Positions 35,743-45,110 of a stretch of DNA of 45,110 nucleotides are shown piece after piece. Where the stretch lies: the NCBI GenBank assembly GCA_910586635.1, contig CAJUJA010000004.1:1-45110 (forward strand), in the 5' to 3' direction. The stretch comes from an uncultured Bacilli bacterium (GTDB taxonomy: Bacteria > Bacillota_I > Bacilli_A > RF39 > UBA660). A program made the translations under genes and the position numbers. How positions within the stretch are numbered: position 1 is the first letter of the stretch; each line of letters opens with the position of its first letter. Under the pieces are notes generated by a model. That model was not told where the DNA came from and did no database searches. It saw only the letters and a program-made list of their open reading frames with translations.

Positions 35743-36531
35743 TTATTCAATTCCACTGGTTTCTAAAAAATAGGCAATACCATCATCATTATTATCTTTG
35801 GTAACTTCTTTTGCACAACTTTTAATTTCATCTAAGGCATTTCCCATGGCAACCCCTAATCCAACAGAAGATATACATTCTATATCATTTAGACCATCTC
35901 CAAAGAAAATCATCTCTTCTAATTTAATTTCTAAATTTTTTCCTAAATCTTCTAAACATGTTTTTTTGTTAATTCCTTTGGGATTTAGAACTAACCACTT
36001 TTTATCATCATTAGAATCTTGCATGATAAAGCAATTAATATTTTGAAAATGATGATTAATATACTCTTTATAATACTCTATGTTATCCTGATCTCGTAAA
36101 AAAATATTCATTCTGATTATCTTTTCTTTAATATCTGATGGATTATGAATTATTTTAATAAATTCGTTTTCCCTTTTATTCACTAAATATAAATAGTAAG
36201 TCGAGGCTGCACAATAGTCTATTTCACTGCTAAATCCTTTCATCGTTTCCGTAATATTTCCAATATCTTCTCTTTGAACAATCCCTTGGTACTCTCCATG
36301 ATCTTTTTCTATGTTATAAATATAACCTCCATTATTTAAAATTAAATAATTAAAAAGGGTTAGATCATCACATACATTTTTTACACTACCTAAATTTCTA
36401 GCAGTTACTCCTACTATTATATATCCATAATCCTTATATTTTCTTAAAGACTCCCTCGTTTTATTCGTAATTTGTTTTTGATTATTTAACAGTGTTCCAT
36501 CAAAATCCATGGCAATTATTTTATATTTCAT
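35743..36531 (-). CDS. Cof-type HAD-IIB family hydrolase
   Basis: MKYKIIAMDFDGTLLNN (DxDGT motif I), VTAR, and C-terminal FGDGLNDIECISSVGLGVAMGNA. ATG at 36531 follows a ggaggaag RBS. Confidence 0.85.
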   Translation of the reverse strand: MKYKIIAMDFDGTLLNNQKQITNKTRESLRKYKDYGYIIVGVTARNLGSVKNVCDDLTLFNYLILNNGGYIYNIEKDHGEYQGIVQREDIGNITETMKGFSSEIDYCAASTYYLYLVNKRENEFIKIIHNPSDIKEKIIRMNIFLRDQDNIEYYKEYINHHFQNINCFIMQDSNDDKKWLVLNPKGINKKTCLEDLGKNLEIKLEEMIFFGDGLNDIECISSVGLGVAMGNALDEIKSCAKEVTKDNNDDGIAYFLETSGIE

Positions 36532-36578
36532 TACTTCCTCCATATAATATAAAAAAAGAGTCTAAGTGACTCATACTT

Positions 36579-36986
36579 CTACTTAATTTCAATTGCTTCT
36601 AATTTTTTCACTACATCTTTTGTAATATCCACTGCTTTATCTCTTAATTCTTCTGCAGTCTTTTTTAAAATTGGAGTTCCTTTAGCAATTGCCAGGTCTA
36701 CTAGTTCTTCAGCTTTTTGCTTAATCTCAGCACCCTTTTTCTTGGCTATCTTTAATACCTTTTCCTTATCCAGTTCTGATAGTTCTTTCTTAATCTCTTT
36801 GATTTTTTTATCAAATTCTGCTTTTACCTCATCTTTATCTAGAGATTTTACTTGTTCAATAATTTCATCAAACTTTTTCTTGATATCTGCTCTCATTTCT
36901 TTTCCTTTTTTAGGTGCGAATAAAAGCCCTAATCCTGCTCCAACAGCAGCTCCTGCTATAAACTTTCCGATACCTTTCTTACTCAT
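36579..36986 (-). CDS. YtxH domain-containing protein
   Basis: MSKKGIGKFIAGAAVGAGLGLLFAPKKGKEMRADIKKK is followed by a helical K/E-rich region, the typical YtxH layout. ATGAGTAA start/stop overlap with the upstream gene. Confidence 0.7.
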   Translation of the reverse strand: MSKKGIGKFIAGAAVGAGLGLLFAPKKGKEMRADIKKKFDEIIEQVKSLDKDEVKAEFDKKIKEIKKELSELDKEKVLKIAKKKGAEIKQKAEELVDLAIAKGTPILKKTAEELRDKAVDITKDVVKKLEAIEIK

Positions 36987-37263
36987 AAAAATCATCCTCT
37001 TTCTTTTTTTTAAATATTTTTTCTATTAGTCCAACCACACTACCTACTACTTTACTACTAATTAAGTCTATGCTAGTAGTAGCTTTATTAATAACATTAA
37101 AAAAACCATTTAATGTATTAACCTTATCTTCAATATTATCGATCACTTTTTCTGTTCTATCCAATACTTGAATTGTGCGAATGCCAAGTATTGTCATTAC
37201 TATAAATAATATAATTCCAAATATGTAAAATAACATTGGTAAAACACTATCAATCATTGCCAT
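36979..37263 (-). CDS. DUF948-like membrane protein (YtxG-like)
   Basis: 94 aa with an N-terminal TM (LPMLFYIFGIILFIVMTILGI) and then a helical region. Its position upstream of the YtxH gene mirrors the Bacillus ytxG-ytxH arrangement. Confidence 0.55.
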   Translation of the reverse strand: MAMIDSVLPMLFYIFGIILFIVMTILGIRTIQVLDRTEKVIDNIEDKVNTLNGFFNVINKATTSIDLISSKVVGSVVGLIEKIFKKKKEDDFYE

Positions 37264-37278
37264 AAATTTTATTCCTTT

Positions 37279-38268
37279 CTAATCCTTCTCATACATTGAA
37301 TCTATTAAATCAAACAAATTATCATCGTCTGTTTCTTCATCCATAGATTTTTCTGTTTCTACATTATTTTGATGTTCGTTTTGATTTTCACTCTTGAAAG
37401 CTACTTCTTCTTCACTTTCATAGTTTTTATTGGTTCTTCTCCCTGTTGCTTTTTCTTTCGAGGCATCTTTGTAATCTACATTATATTCTAACCCTAAATC
37501 TTCAAAATATTCTTCCGCATCTCCTACTGTCACCTTTTTGACTTCAGGAGTATCGGTTTCTGTACTTAGGTCTAATAGTGAAGAATCTTCTTCCTCATCA
37601 TCTTCATAACTTATTATATTAACTGGTTCTCTATTTTCTCTAAACTCTCTTTCAATATCATTTGTTAAATTGCCATAGGCTCTTTTTCTGACTTCATCTA
37701 AATCTAGGTTCTCATGTGCATAACTACTAGTAAGCCTTACTTCTTTTCTATCCCTTATTTCTTCTTTTTTATAATTTTTATCTAAAATACCGTAAATTGG
37801 CGAAATAATAGGGGATGGTTTAAAGTAGGATCTCTCCTCTTTTTTTTCATATAATCCATGTTCTTTTTCTGGTAAATCAAACTCATCTAGCCCATATGGT
37901 TTTGATTTTTTCTCATGTGAGATCTTATTCTCAGGTTTCTTTTTCTCCCTTTTTACAGGTTCTTCTTTTTTTCTTTTTTCTTTTGGCATTTCTTCTATTT
38001 TAAAGTCTTTATCCTCCATCACTGGGAATTTAAAATCATTTTTATTCTTTTCTTGGATTTCAAAATCCTCATCCAAAAGTTCCGGTTCTTCCTCTATTAT
38101 TTCTTTTCTTTCTGGTTGAACAATCTTTTTAGCAATTGGTTTTTCCTTGGGTTTTGGTTCTTCTTTTTTTCTTTTTTCTTTTTTGATCTCTTTCTTTTTT
38201 GGCTTTTCTTCCACTTCTACATATTCTTCTTCAAAAAGAGCATTCTTTAATTTATCTAACAATTTCAT
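37279..38268 (-). CDS. Lys/Glu-rich low-complexity protein with N-terminal amphipathic helix, unknown function
   Basis: The sequence MKLLDKLKNALFEEE is followed by KEKRKKEEP, which occurs twice. The central motif is FKPSPIISPIYGILDK and the C-terminus is acidic. Confidence 0.5.
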   Translation of the reverse strand: MKLLDKLKNALFEEEYVEVEEKPKKKEIKKEKRKKEEPKPKEKPIAKKIVQPERKEIIEEEPELLDEDFEIQEKNKNDFKFPVMEDKDFKIEEMPKEKRKKEEPVKREKKKPENKISHEKKSKPYGLDEFDLPEKEHGLYEKKEERSYFKPSPIISPIYGILDKNYKKEEIRDRKEVRLTSSYAHENLDLDEVRKRAYGNLTNDIEREFRENREPVNIISYEDDEEEDSSLLDLSTETDTPEVKKVTVGDAEEYFEDLGLEYNVDYKDASKEKATGRRTNKNYESEEEVAFKSENQNEHQNNVETEKSMDEETDDDNLFDLIDSMYEKD

Positions 38269-38278
38269 AAAGACACCT

Positions 38279-38941
38279 CTATTCTCCTTCTTCTATTTGT
38301 AAATGATCTTCGTCTTTTTCTTTTTCATCATATGAATCATACTCTTTGACATAATCTAAGAAATTTGTATTCTTCTTTTTCGTATGAAATATATTATAAT
38401 TTTCTTCTTTATAATTTAATATATTTTCTCCAATAATAGTATCTAGAACCTTATCATTATATTTTACTGATGATAAAATAGTGGAAATATCTGTTAAGGC
38501 ATCTGGTAAATCTTTCTCCTTGACAAAGGATTCCACTTTCATGTAATTATACATCATTTCCACAAAATATTTATCTTGTACCTTATTAATCTCTATATAG
38601 CCAAATTTTTTCTTATTCTTTATTTCACTCGAATAATAGGCATTTTTATCTACTTTATACTTTGCTTTTACTTTATGGTATCTACTAACTATATCTACAT
38701 ATAGATAATAATAATTTCCATACTGATCTTTTAAAGTGGCATTATAATCATTTTTATCTAAAAATACTAATCCTTTTGGAATATAGTAATTATAGCCTTC
38801 AAAGTTAACATTCTTTAATTTTGATTCTTTCTTTAACACCTTATTTACTATATCATCTATATTATTAGAATTTACTTGGCCCATACTACACCCTGTTGTA
38901 AATATAGCTAAAATACAGAGTAAAATAATTAATTTTTTCAT
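38279..38941 (-). CDS. lipoprotein, unknown function
   Basis: MKKLIILLCILAIFTTGCSMG: signal peptide with a lipobox-like FTTGC. Confidence 0.65.
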   Translation of the reverse strand: MKKLIILLCILAIFTTGCSMGQVNSNNIDDIVNKVLKKESKLKNVNFEGYNYYIPKGLVFLDKNDYNATLKDQYGNYYYLYVDIVSRYHKVKAKYKVDKNAYYSSEIKNKKKFGYIEINKVQDKYFVEMMYNYMKVESFVKEKDLPDALTDISTILSSVKYNDKVLDTIIGENILNYKEENYNIFHTKKKNTNFLDYVKEYDSYDEKEKDEDHLQIEEGE

Positions 38942-39025
38942 AATTCACCTACTCTTGTATTATATTATAACAAAATTTTAAAAAAATTAAACTATTTTCC
39001 ATCTGGGTTTACTATTTTAGACATT

Positions 39026-39652
39026 CTATAAAATAGCCTCTAATGAAAAAATAGGCTTATCCTCTTTTAAAAATTTATCTTCATATTCTGTTGTAATCAA
39101 CTCTACTTCTTTATTTTTATGTAGATTGAATGTTACATTTTTTAAAGAATAGCCCTTAGCAGATAAAGTTTCTATGGAATAGATAAATAATTCTTCATTA
39201 TCTGTACGTAAATAGATTTCTTTTTTATCCCTAAATATTTTATCATATTTGTCTAAAAATATTTTACTGGTTAACCTTCTAAAATGATGTCGAACTTTTG
39301 GCCAAGGATCAGAAAAATTTAGATAAATTCGATCGATTTCTTTTGAAAACACTTCCTCTATTTCTAGGGCATTCATTCTGATTAATACTAAATTATCTAA
39401 TTCTTGATCCAATTTTTGAATTGCTCGTACCATAATGCTGTCATACTTTTCAATTCCAATAAAATTAATGTTTGGATACTTTTTTGCATTTTCAATTATA
39501 AATTTCCCTTTTCCCATGCCTATTTCTATATAAATAGGATGGTTATTTTTAAATATTTCTCTCCATTTCCCATATTGCTTTTTTGGATTGGAAATTAATC
39601 GTTCACAAGAGGATAATATTCTTTCTTTATCTTTTACATTTCTTATTCTCAT
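39026..39652 (-). CDS. trmB: tRNA (guanine46-N7)-methyltransferase TrmB
   Basis: PIYIEIGMGKGKFIIENAKKYPNINFIGIE (SAM motif I), IYLNFSDPWPKVRHHFRRL. ATG at 39652 follows aggtga. Confidence 0.9.
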   Translation of the reverse strand: MRIRNVKDKERILSSCERLISNPKKQYGKWREIFKNNHPIYIEIGMGKGKFIIENAKKYPNINFIGIEKYDSIMVRAIQKLDQELDNLVLIRMNALEIEEVFSKEIDRIYLNFSDPWPKVRHHFRRLTSKIFLDKYDKIFRDKKEIYLRTDNEELFIYSIETLSAKGYSLKNVTFNLHKNKEVELITTEYEDKFLKEDKPIFSLEAIL

Positions 39653-39656
39653 CAAA

Positions 39657-40370
39657 TCACCTGTTATATTCCTTATGTTTTGGTTCTAGTCCAACTTGTT
39701 TTAAAACAGATATCGCATTAGAGTTTCTTTTACCAGCATAATAAAAATTCTGAATCTGTTGATATTCCTCTTTCGATATTCCATCACCAAGCTCTACCCC
39801 ATTTTCTTGGATTTGATAGGACCCTATCAATTCAACCGACAAAAATTCCCATAAATTATTTACTATTTGGATGATATTTTCTATTGATTCCTTCTGTTCA
39901 TATATATTCATTTGAGGTATTTGTAATCTCTTATTCAAATTTTCTTTAAATATTCCCTTATCTATTTCTTCCTTTTCTTTAAAGTATCCTACTAATGGTT
40001 CCATATGAATAGTATCCTTCCCATTAGAAGAAGAAAAGACAGAATCTAGGGTGGTATATAATTTAGGGTAAAACCTTAACTCCGATATGCTAATACAATA
40101 TCTACTATTTGAGTCATTCGTTCCTACCATAGGATAAGTATCTACAGATAAAACATCATATACAAGTCCCTCTGAGCTAAGACTTAATAACTGATCATGA
40201 CTATCTAGATAATCGCAGTCATTACAAATCATATCTGTATAGCTATATCTAGCTTTAATCTCCTCCAGATATTCATGATACCCATTCTTTTTTGAAACTT
40301 GATAAAGTGACAATTGGTTTTCTTCTAGTATTGGAAACATCATATCTTTATCCAAATTATTTTTCTTCAT
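39657..40370 (-). CDS. hypothetical protein
   Basis: ORF directly upstream of trmB. ATG at 40370 follows an aaagaggtg RBS. No family recognised. Confidence 0.45.
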   Translation of the reverse strand: MKKNNLDKDMMFPILEENQLSLYQVSKKNGYHEYLEEIKARYSYTDMICNDCDYLDSHDQLLSLSSEGLVYDVLSVDTYPMVGTNDSNSRYCISISELRFYPKLYTTLDSVFSSSNGKDTIHMEPLVGYFKEKEEIDKGIFKENLNKRLQIPQMNIYEQKESIENIIQIVNNLWEFLSVELIGSYQIQENGVELGDGISKEEYQQIQNFYYAGKRNSNAISVLKQVGLEPKHKEYNR

Positions 40371-40445
40371 GTTTAACACCTCTTTTTATATTTTAGCACA
40401 GATACTTTCCTATTGCATATAATAAAACGAATAAAGGAGTAGTTT

Positions 40446-40682
40446 ATGAATAATATGCCTTATCCATTTATACCAGATATCAATATGATGAATCCCCCTT
40501 TTTCTTATAATCAAAATCATTCTAATAATACAGTTGCTCAACTAGAAGAACAAATTCATAGATTAAATCGAGATATGAGAAGGTTAGAACACCGAGTGAA
40601 TTTATTAGAAAAGAAGAATCAACCTCATATATCTAAAACTAGTATGGACGATCATGATGATTCTGGTATATATATGATGTAG
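40446..40682 (+). CDS. small hypothetical protein with a central coiled coil
   Basis: 78 aa, aaaggag RBS, VAQLEEQIHRLNRDMRRLEHRVNLLEKK heptads. Followed directly by a terminator. Confidence 0.45.
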   Translation: MNNMPYPFIPDINMMNPPFSYNQNHSNNTVAQLEEQIHRLNRDMRRLEHRVNLLEKKNQPHISKTSMDDHDDSGIYMM

Positions 40683-40706
40683 AACACGATTGTTGTTCTT
40701 TTTTTA
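40681..40706 (+). terminator. rho-independent terminator
   Basis: AGAACA-cgattgt-TGTTCT followed by a T-run, overlapping the TAG stop. Confidence 0.65.
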
Positions 40707-40766
40707 TGAAATTCTCTAATTTTATTTTCATTTGTGGTATAATAGAAGATAGAAAGGTATGAGAAA

Positions 40767-42077
40767 ATGAGTAAGCTAATTGAATTAAATAAAAAGGACT
40801 ATGAAAATTTTGTCATAAATCATAAATCAAAATCCCACTTTTTACAATCTTATAATTGGGGAGAATTTGCTAAAAAGGAAAAGAATCTTTTCCCCTATTA
40901 TCTTGGTCTAATTAGTGATAGTGGAAAAGTTATGGCTACTGCTTTGCTATTACAAAAAAAACTTCCCTTTAATCTTTGCTATTTCTATATTCCTCGTGGT
41001 TTTGTCATTGATTTTAATAACAGAGATCTAGTAAAAATAATGACAGAAGAGATTAAAAAATTTTGTAAAGAAAAGAAAGCAATCTTTTTTAAAATCGATC
41101 CTGATATTATCCATAGTCAATTTAATTATTTAGGCCAAAAGGTAGATATTCCTAATGATCAAGAAGAGATCTTTCAGACTTTGAAAATTTTAGGATATAA
41201 ACACCTAGGTTTTACTAAAAATTTTGAAACCAGCCAACCACGATATACCTTTAGAATCGACTTAAATCAAGAGTTAGATACCATCGTCGATCATTTTTCT
41301 AAAACTACCAAACAACGTATCAATAAGGCTAAAAAACTAGAAGTAGAAGTAGAAATTGGTAGTGAAGAAGACCTAGATACTTTTTATCAATTAATGATGC
41401 TAACAGAAAATAGAAAAGACTTTGTATCTTTTTCCAAAGAATACTACAAAACACAATACCAAATATTAAAAAAAGATCACATGATTGTATTATTTTTAGG
41501 AAAAGTTAATACAGAAAAAATTATAAAAAATTATGAAGAAGAGCTTTCTAAAATACAAGACGATCTTCAAAATCTAGATACTGAAACACTTAGTAAAAGT
41601 GCTAAAAATAAAGTTAAAAATTTAACTAGTCAAAAGGAGAACCTAATAAAGGAAATTAACAAATTTGAATTAGCAAGAAAAAAATATGGATCTACCATTC
41701 CTTTAAGTGCTCATATGATTATTACTTATGGAAATAAAGCTTGGGTTTTATATGCTGGAAATCATAATATTTTAACGGAAACTTATACCAATTACGCTAC
41801 TTATTTCGAACATATCAAATATTGTAAAGAACATGGAATTGAAATTTATGATCAGTTTGGAACGATAGGAGATTTATCTAGCAATAATCCTAGAATGGGG
41901 CTTCATGAATTTAAAAAGAAATTTGGAGGCGACTATATTGAATTTTTAGGAGAATTCGATTATATCTTAAAACCATTTCTTTACTTTGTATTTCAAAAAC
42001 TGGTACCATTTTATAGAAACATAGTAAAAAATAAATCTAAAAGGGAGTTAAAAAATGAAATTGAGGGAAATAAATAA
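40767..42077 (+). CDS. FemAB-family peptidoglycan interpeptide-bridge aminoacyltransferase (with coiled-coil insert)
   Basis: HFLQSYNWGEFAKKEKN, FYIPRGFVIDF, FFKIDPD, PRYTFRIDL, an internal coiled-coil region (EEELSKIQDDLQNLDTE...ENLIKEINKFE) and C-terminal LHEFKKKFGG: the typical FemA/FemB/FemX architecture. Confidence 0.85.
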   Translation: MSKLIELNKKDYENFVINHKSKSHFLQSYNWGEFAKKEKNLFPYYLGLISDSGKVMATALLLQKKLPFNLCYFYIPRGFVIDFNNRDLVKIMTEEIKKFCKEKKAIFFKIDPDIIHSQFNYLGQKVDIPNDQEEIFQTLKILGYKHLGFTKNFETSQPRYTFRIDLNQELDTIVDHFSKTTKQRINKAKKLEVEVEIGSEEDLDTFYQLMMLTENRKDFVSFSKEYYKTQYQILKKDHMIVLFLGKVNTEKIIKNYEEELSKIQDDLQNLDTETLSKSAKNKVKNLTSQKENLIKEINKFELARKKYGSTIPLSAHMIITYGNKAWVLYAGNHNILTETYTNYATYFEHIKYCKEHGIEIYDQFGTIGDLSSNNPRMGLHEFKKKFGGDYIEFLGEFDYILKPFLYFVFQKLVPFYRNIVKNKSKRELKNEIEGNK

Positions 42078-43251
42078 AAAGGAATTTTTTGATTTTTGTA
42101 AAAAGGAAGCAACCAATAACTTTTTTCAAACTAAAGAATATGCAGAACTATCTAGAAAAAAAGGATGGTATACATACTTTTTAGGAGTAGATCAAAACGG
42201 TAAAATACGTGCTGCTACTATGTTATTAGCTAGAAAACTTAAGTTTTCTAAATCTAAGATTTTTTATGCTCCTAGGGGCTTCATCATAAACTTTAAGGAT
42301 TTAGAATTGGTTCGATTTCTAACCAGGGAACTCAAAATTTTTATAGAGGAAAGAAAAGGTGCTTTTTTAAGAATCAATCCCTATTATCCATTAAAACAAG
42401 TGGATAATAGTGGAACCTATATTCCTGGAGGATTTAATAATCAAAAGTCCCTGGAAGTTTTAAATCAATTAGGCTACAAAAGAAACCAAGGGGTAATAAC
42501 CGCTCCTCAGTTTCTTTATACCCTAGATTTAAAGGGGAAAAACGAGGAAGAGTTACTCGCAAACTGTAGTGAACCCTATCAAAAAACAATTTTAAATAAC
42601 ATCAGACGAGGATTTATTACGGAAGAGGTAGAAGAGGCTCAACTACCAGCTGTTTTAGAATTAATTTCTAATAGTAAGCAAAAAATTAATTTCATTGAAG
42701 ACTTATCTTTATTGAATGAATTTTATCAAATCTTTAAAGAAAGTAATATGATTAAAATTAATCTAGTACAAATGGACATTGATCTATACTTAGAAAACAT
42801 TCAAAAAGAAAAAGAGAATATGGATGCTGGTATTATGGGTCAAAATTCTTACAGCCAAATTTCTAAAGAGCTGCAATTAGTAAATAATTTGCAATATCAA
42901 TATGGTCATAAAGTAATTCTAGGATGTAATATATCTATTTGCTACGGTCGTGAGGTAACTACCATTTCTACTGCTGTTAATAATAAATTTATTGAGTTTA
43001 ACCCACTTTATACCCTTACATGGAACACGATAAAGGATGCTAAAAAAAATGGATTCGAAATCTATAACTTTTATGGTGTCGGAAATGATTTATCTGGGCA
43101 AAACTCAATCTATCAATATTATAAAGGGTTTCATGGAGAACTCATACAACTGATTGGAGAATTTGATTTCGTTATAAATGAATTTATTTATAAACATTAT
43201 TGTGAATATAGTTCTAAACATAAGAAGAAAATTACCGATTTTAAAAAATAA
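42055..43251 (+). CDS. FemAB-family peptidoglycan interpeptide-bridge aminoacyltransferase (second paralog)
   Basis: FFQTKEYAELSRKKGW, FYAPRGFIINF, FLRINPY, YNFYGVGNDLSG...YQYYKGFHG. It overlaps the 3' end of the first paralog by 23 nt and has its own aagggag RBS. Confidence 0.85.
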   Translation: MKLREINKKEFFDFCKKEATNNFFQTKEYAELSRKKGWYTYFLGVDQNGKIRAATMLLARKLKFSKSKIFYAPRGFIINFKDLELVRFLTRELKIFIEERKGAFLRINPYYPLKQVDNSGTYIPGGFNNQKSLEVLNQLGYKRNQGVITAPQFLYTLDLKGKNEEELLANCSEPYQKTILNNIRRGFITEEVEEAQLPAVLELISNSKQKINFIEDLSLLNEFYQIFKESNMIKINLVQMDIDLYLENIQKEKENMDAGIMGQNSYSQISKELQLVNNLQYQYGHKVILGCNISICYGREVTTISTAVNNKFIEFNPLYTLTWNTIKDAKKNGFEIYNFYGVGNDLSGQNSIYQYYKGFHGELIQLIGEFDFVINEFIYKHYCEYSSKHKKKITDFKK

Positions 43252-43261
43252 ACCAGCGATT

Positions 43262-44917
43262 CTATTTCGCTGATTTTTTTTGAAATTTTTTTAATAATTT
43301 ATCGCCAAATACCGCTTGAATAGATTTGGTCTTTATCATATAGATAAAATACACTCCTCCCCCTATTAAAGTATAAATTATAATAATAGGAATATTTAAA
43401 AATCTAGTCTCTGATGAAATGGGGATGACTAATTTTAAAATAAATAAGGAAATTACCATCAAGACAGTCCCACATAAAATATTAATAAACTGTTTTGCAG
43501 TAGTCTCATATTTTACACCACATTTTTTATTAAGTGCAACTAAACAAATAACAAAAGATAATCCATATCCAATGATAGTTGCTAAAATAGATCCATAGTA
43601 CGCAGGGAGTCCTAGGTGATATAACTGATTAATTAAACTAACATTTAATAGAGCTTTTAATACAACACCTGAAAATAAACTAATAAATACTACCTTATAA
43701 TATTTTAATACCTGGGTTATTGTAATGGCTGTAGTGAATAAACAAGTGATGAGTGCAACAAATACATAGAAATTCAAAATAGAAGGTCCATACTTACTAG
43801 GGCCATAAAATACCATATAGACAGGTTCCGCTAAGAAACTAAGTCCTATTGTCATAGGGATAATTAAAAACATTAACATCTGAAAGCTCTGATTAATTTT
43901 TTTGTGCACCTCTTTTTTGTTTCCAATTACTGCAGCTGAGGTTAAATTTGGAGTTAGACTAACTAACATTCCTGTTGAAATGGAAATAATAATCATATTA
44001 AATTTAGCTCCCCAAGTAGATAAAATACTCATAATACTTTCTGCTGTATTGGTTCCATAAATAGTTCCTAATGCTTTCACAACTGTAACAGAGTCTACCA
44101 TACTATAAAGTGATTTAAAAATATCAATCATAATTAGGGGAAATGCATAAATCATAATTTTTTTTAAAATTTCTTTGTTAGTAATCTTAGGTTCCTTTAC
44201 CTTTAATTCTTTTTCTTCAAATTTATTTTTATTTTTTCTTCCCTTTTCAATTAAATAAAAATAAGAAGCTAAGGATCCAACCGTTGCTCCAAAAACAGCT
44301 ACTCCAACTGCTGTTGTTAAAGATAGGTGAAATACCTTTAAGGTTAGAAAACTTCCAACTACAATTACTAACACTCTCATAATTTGCTCAAACACTTGAG
44401 AAATGGCAGTAGGTGTAATAAATTTATGCCCTTCAAAATATCCTCTATAAATACTAAGTACAGGAACTACGATAATCGCTGTTGAAATAACTCTAATTAC
44501 AAATGTAACATCTTCAATTGTATTCCCGCCTTGTAAATCTCCCAATATGGCAGATGATAACTGTGGGGCAAAAATAAATAGAATGATAAAACATACAATT
44601 CCCAAAGTAATAGCTATCTGTTTTCCTATTTTAAATGCCCTTTTTTTTGCATCATAATATCCTAAAGTTTGATATTCACTTATAATTTTACTAATAGCTA
44701 GAGGAATTCCTGCTGATGATATTGCCATAAATAGCAAATACAAGGTATAGGCATATCCATATAACGCTCCTCCTTTTTCGCCAATAATGGCATAAAAAGG
44801 AATTACATATAAAACTCCTAGTATTTTTGTAATGACGATTCCTAGAGTAGCTACAAAGGCTCCCTGGACAAAGGAATTTTTTTTCATAATGTTTTTATTT
44901 GCACGTTTTTTCTTCAT
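43262..44917 (-). CDS. MOP-superfamily flippase (MurJ/YtgP/SpoVB-like polysaccharide biosynthesis protein)
   Basis: About 550 aa with roughly 14 hydrophobic segments. The N-terminus FVQGAFVATLGIVITKILGVLYVIPFYAIIG...GYAYTLY resembles the YtgP/SpoVB group. ATG at 44917 (MKKKRANK) preferred. Confidence 0.7.
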   Translation of the reverse strand: MKKKRANKNIMKKNSFVQGAFVATLGIVITKILGVLYVIPFYAIIGEKGGALYGYAYTLYLLFMAISSAGIPLAISKIISEYQTLGYYDAKKRAFKIGKQIAITLGIVCFIILFIFAPQLSSAILGDLQGGNTIEDVTFVIRVISTAIIVVPVLSIYRGYFEGHKFITPTAISQVFEQIMRVLVIVVGSFLTLKVFHLSLTTAVGVAVFGATVGSLASYFYLIEKGRKNKNKFEEKELKVKEPKITNKEILKKIMIYAFPLIMIDIFKSLYSMVDSVTVVKALGTIYGTNTAESIMSILSTWGAKFNMIIISISTGMLVSLTPNLTSAAVIGNKKEVHKKINQSFQMLMFLIIPMTIGLSFLAEPVYMVFYGPSKYGPSILNFYVFVALITCLFTTAITITQVLKYYKVVFISLFSGVVLKALLNVSLINQLYHLGLPAYYGSILATIIGYGLSFVICLVALNKKCGVKYETTAKQFINILCGTVLMVISLFILKLVIPISSETRFLNIPIIIIYTLIGGGVYFIYMIKTKSIQAVFGDKLLKKFQKKSAK

Positions 44918-45110
44918 TGTAACACTTCCTGTCATTATTTTATAACTTTTCTAATTTTCTTATATAAGAATATCATAAATTATAGAGTTGTGCAATGATT
45001 TCAAAAATACAGGGAGAGTATCTAGAAAAAATCTAGTCAAAACTTGAAGAAAGCCAACAATTATGGTATGATGAATATGTCAAGGAAACTTGCATAAACT
45101 AAAAAAGGGA

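Noticed and set aside
37279-38268. Identification as SepF
   Set aside because: Only the short N-terminal amphipathic helix is similar. The conserved SepF C-terminal FtsZ-binding domain is absent.
1-45110. tRNA, rRNA, CRISPR arrays, IS elements/transposases
   Set aside because: No regularly spaced direct repeats, no cloverleaf-compatible GC-rich segments of about 75 nt, no rRNA-like conserved stretches and no transposase-like ORFs were seen. The intergenic regions are short except within the island.

Overview
Very AT-rich chromosomal segment (judged by eye, not computed) from a low-GC, endospore-forming Firmicute. The spore markers are SpoIVA, a SpoVIF-like protein and an alpha/beta-type SASP. 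Most of the window is core genome in Bacillus-type neighbourhoods: hup, der, ysxC/engB, nrnA-like DHH phosphoesterase, ackA, sspA-thiI-ezrA, rpsD, T-box-controlled tyrS, ytxG/ytxH-like pair, trmB, two tandem FemAB-family transferases, a MurJ/YtgP-like flippase, and a class B sortase with an adjacent candidate substrate. No rRNA, tRNA, CRISPR array, transposase or integrase was recognised. The exception is an accessory island of about 11.5 kb (roughly 10.32-21.96 kb) between the spoVIF-like gene and spoIVA. Read on the minus strand it holds two XRE/Cro-type HTH regulators and a stand-alone three-gene lysis cassette: a BhlA/UviB- or XhlA-like membrane coiled-coil protein, a holin, and an M23 endopeptidase with an SH3-like C-terminal half. 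A hairpin terminator follows. Then comes a tightly coupled operon: a phage tail-collar-type protein, a 2052-aa leaderless Rhs/YD-repeat polymorphic toxin with lectin-like inserts and a C-terminal toxin domain, and a small membrane-anchored candidate immunity protein. A convergent tandem-HTH ORF without a canonical start codon closes the island. A bipartite sequence element recurs upstream of both the lysis cassette and the Rhs operon. My lead hypothesis is inference only: a domesticated lysis cassette serves as a T10SS-like release route for an Rhs toxin that has no recognisable export signal. All family assignments come from reading motifs in the translations. No database search was run.
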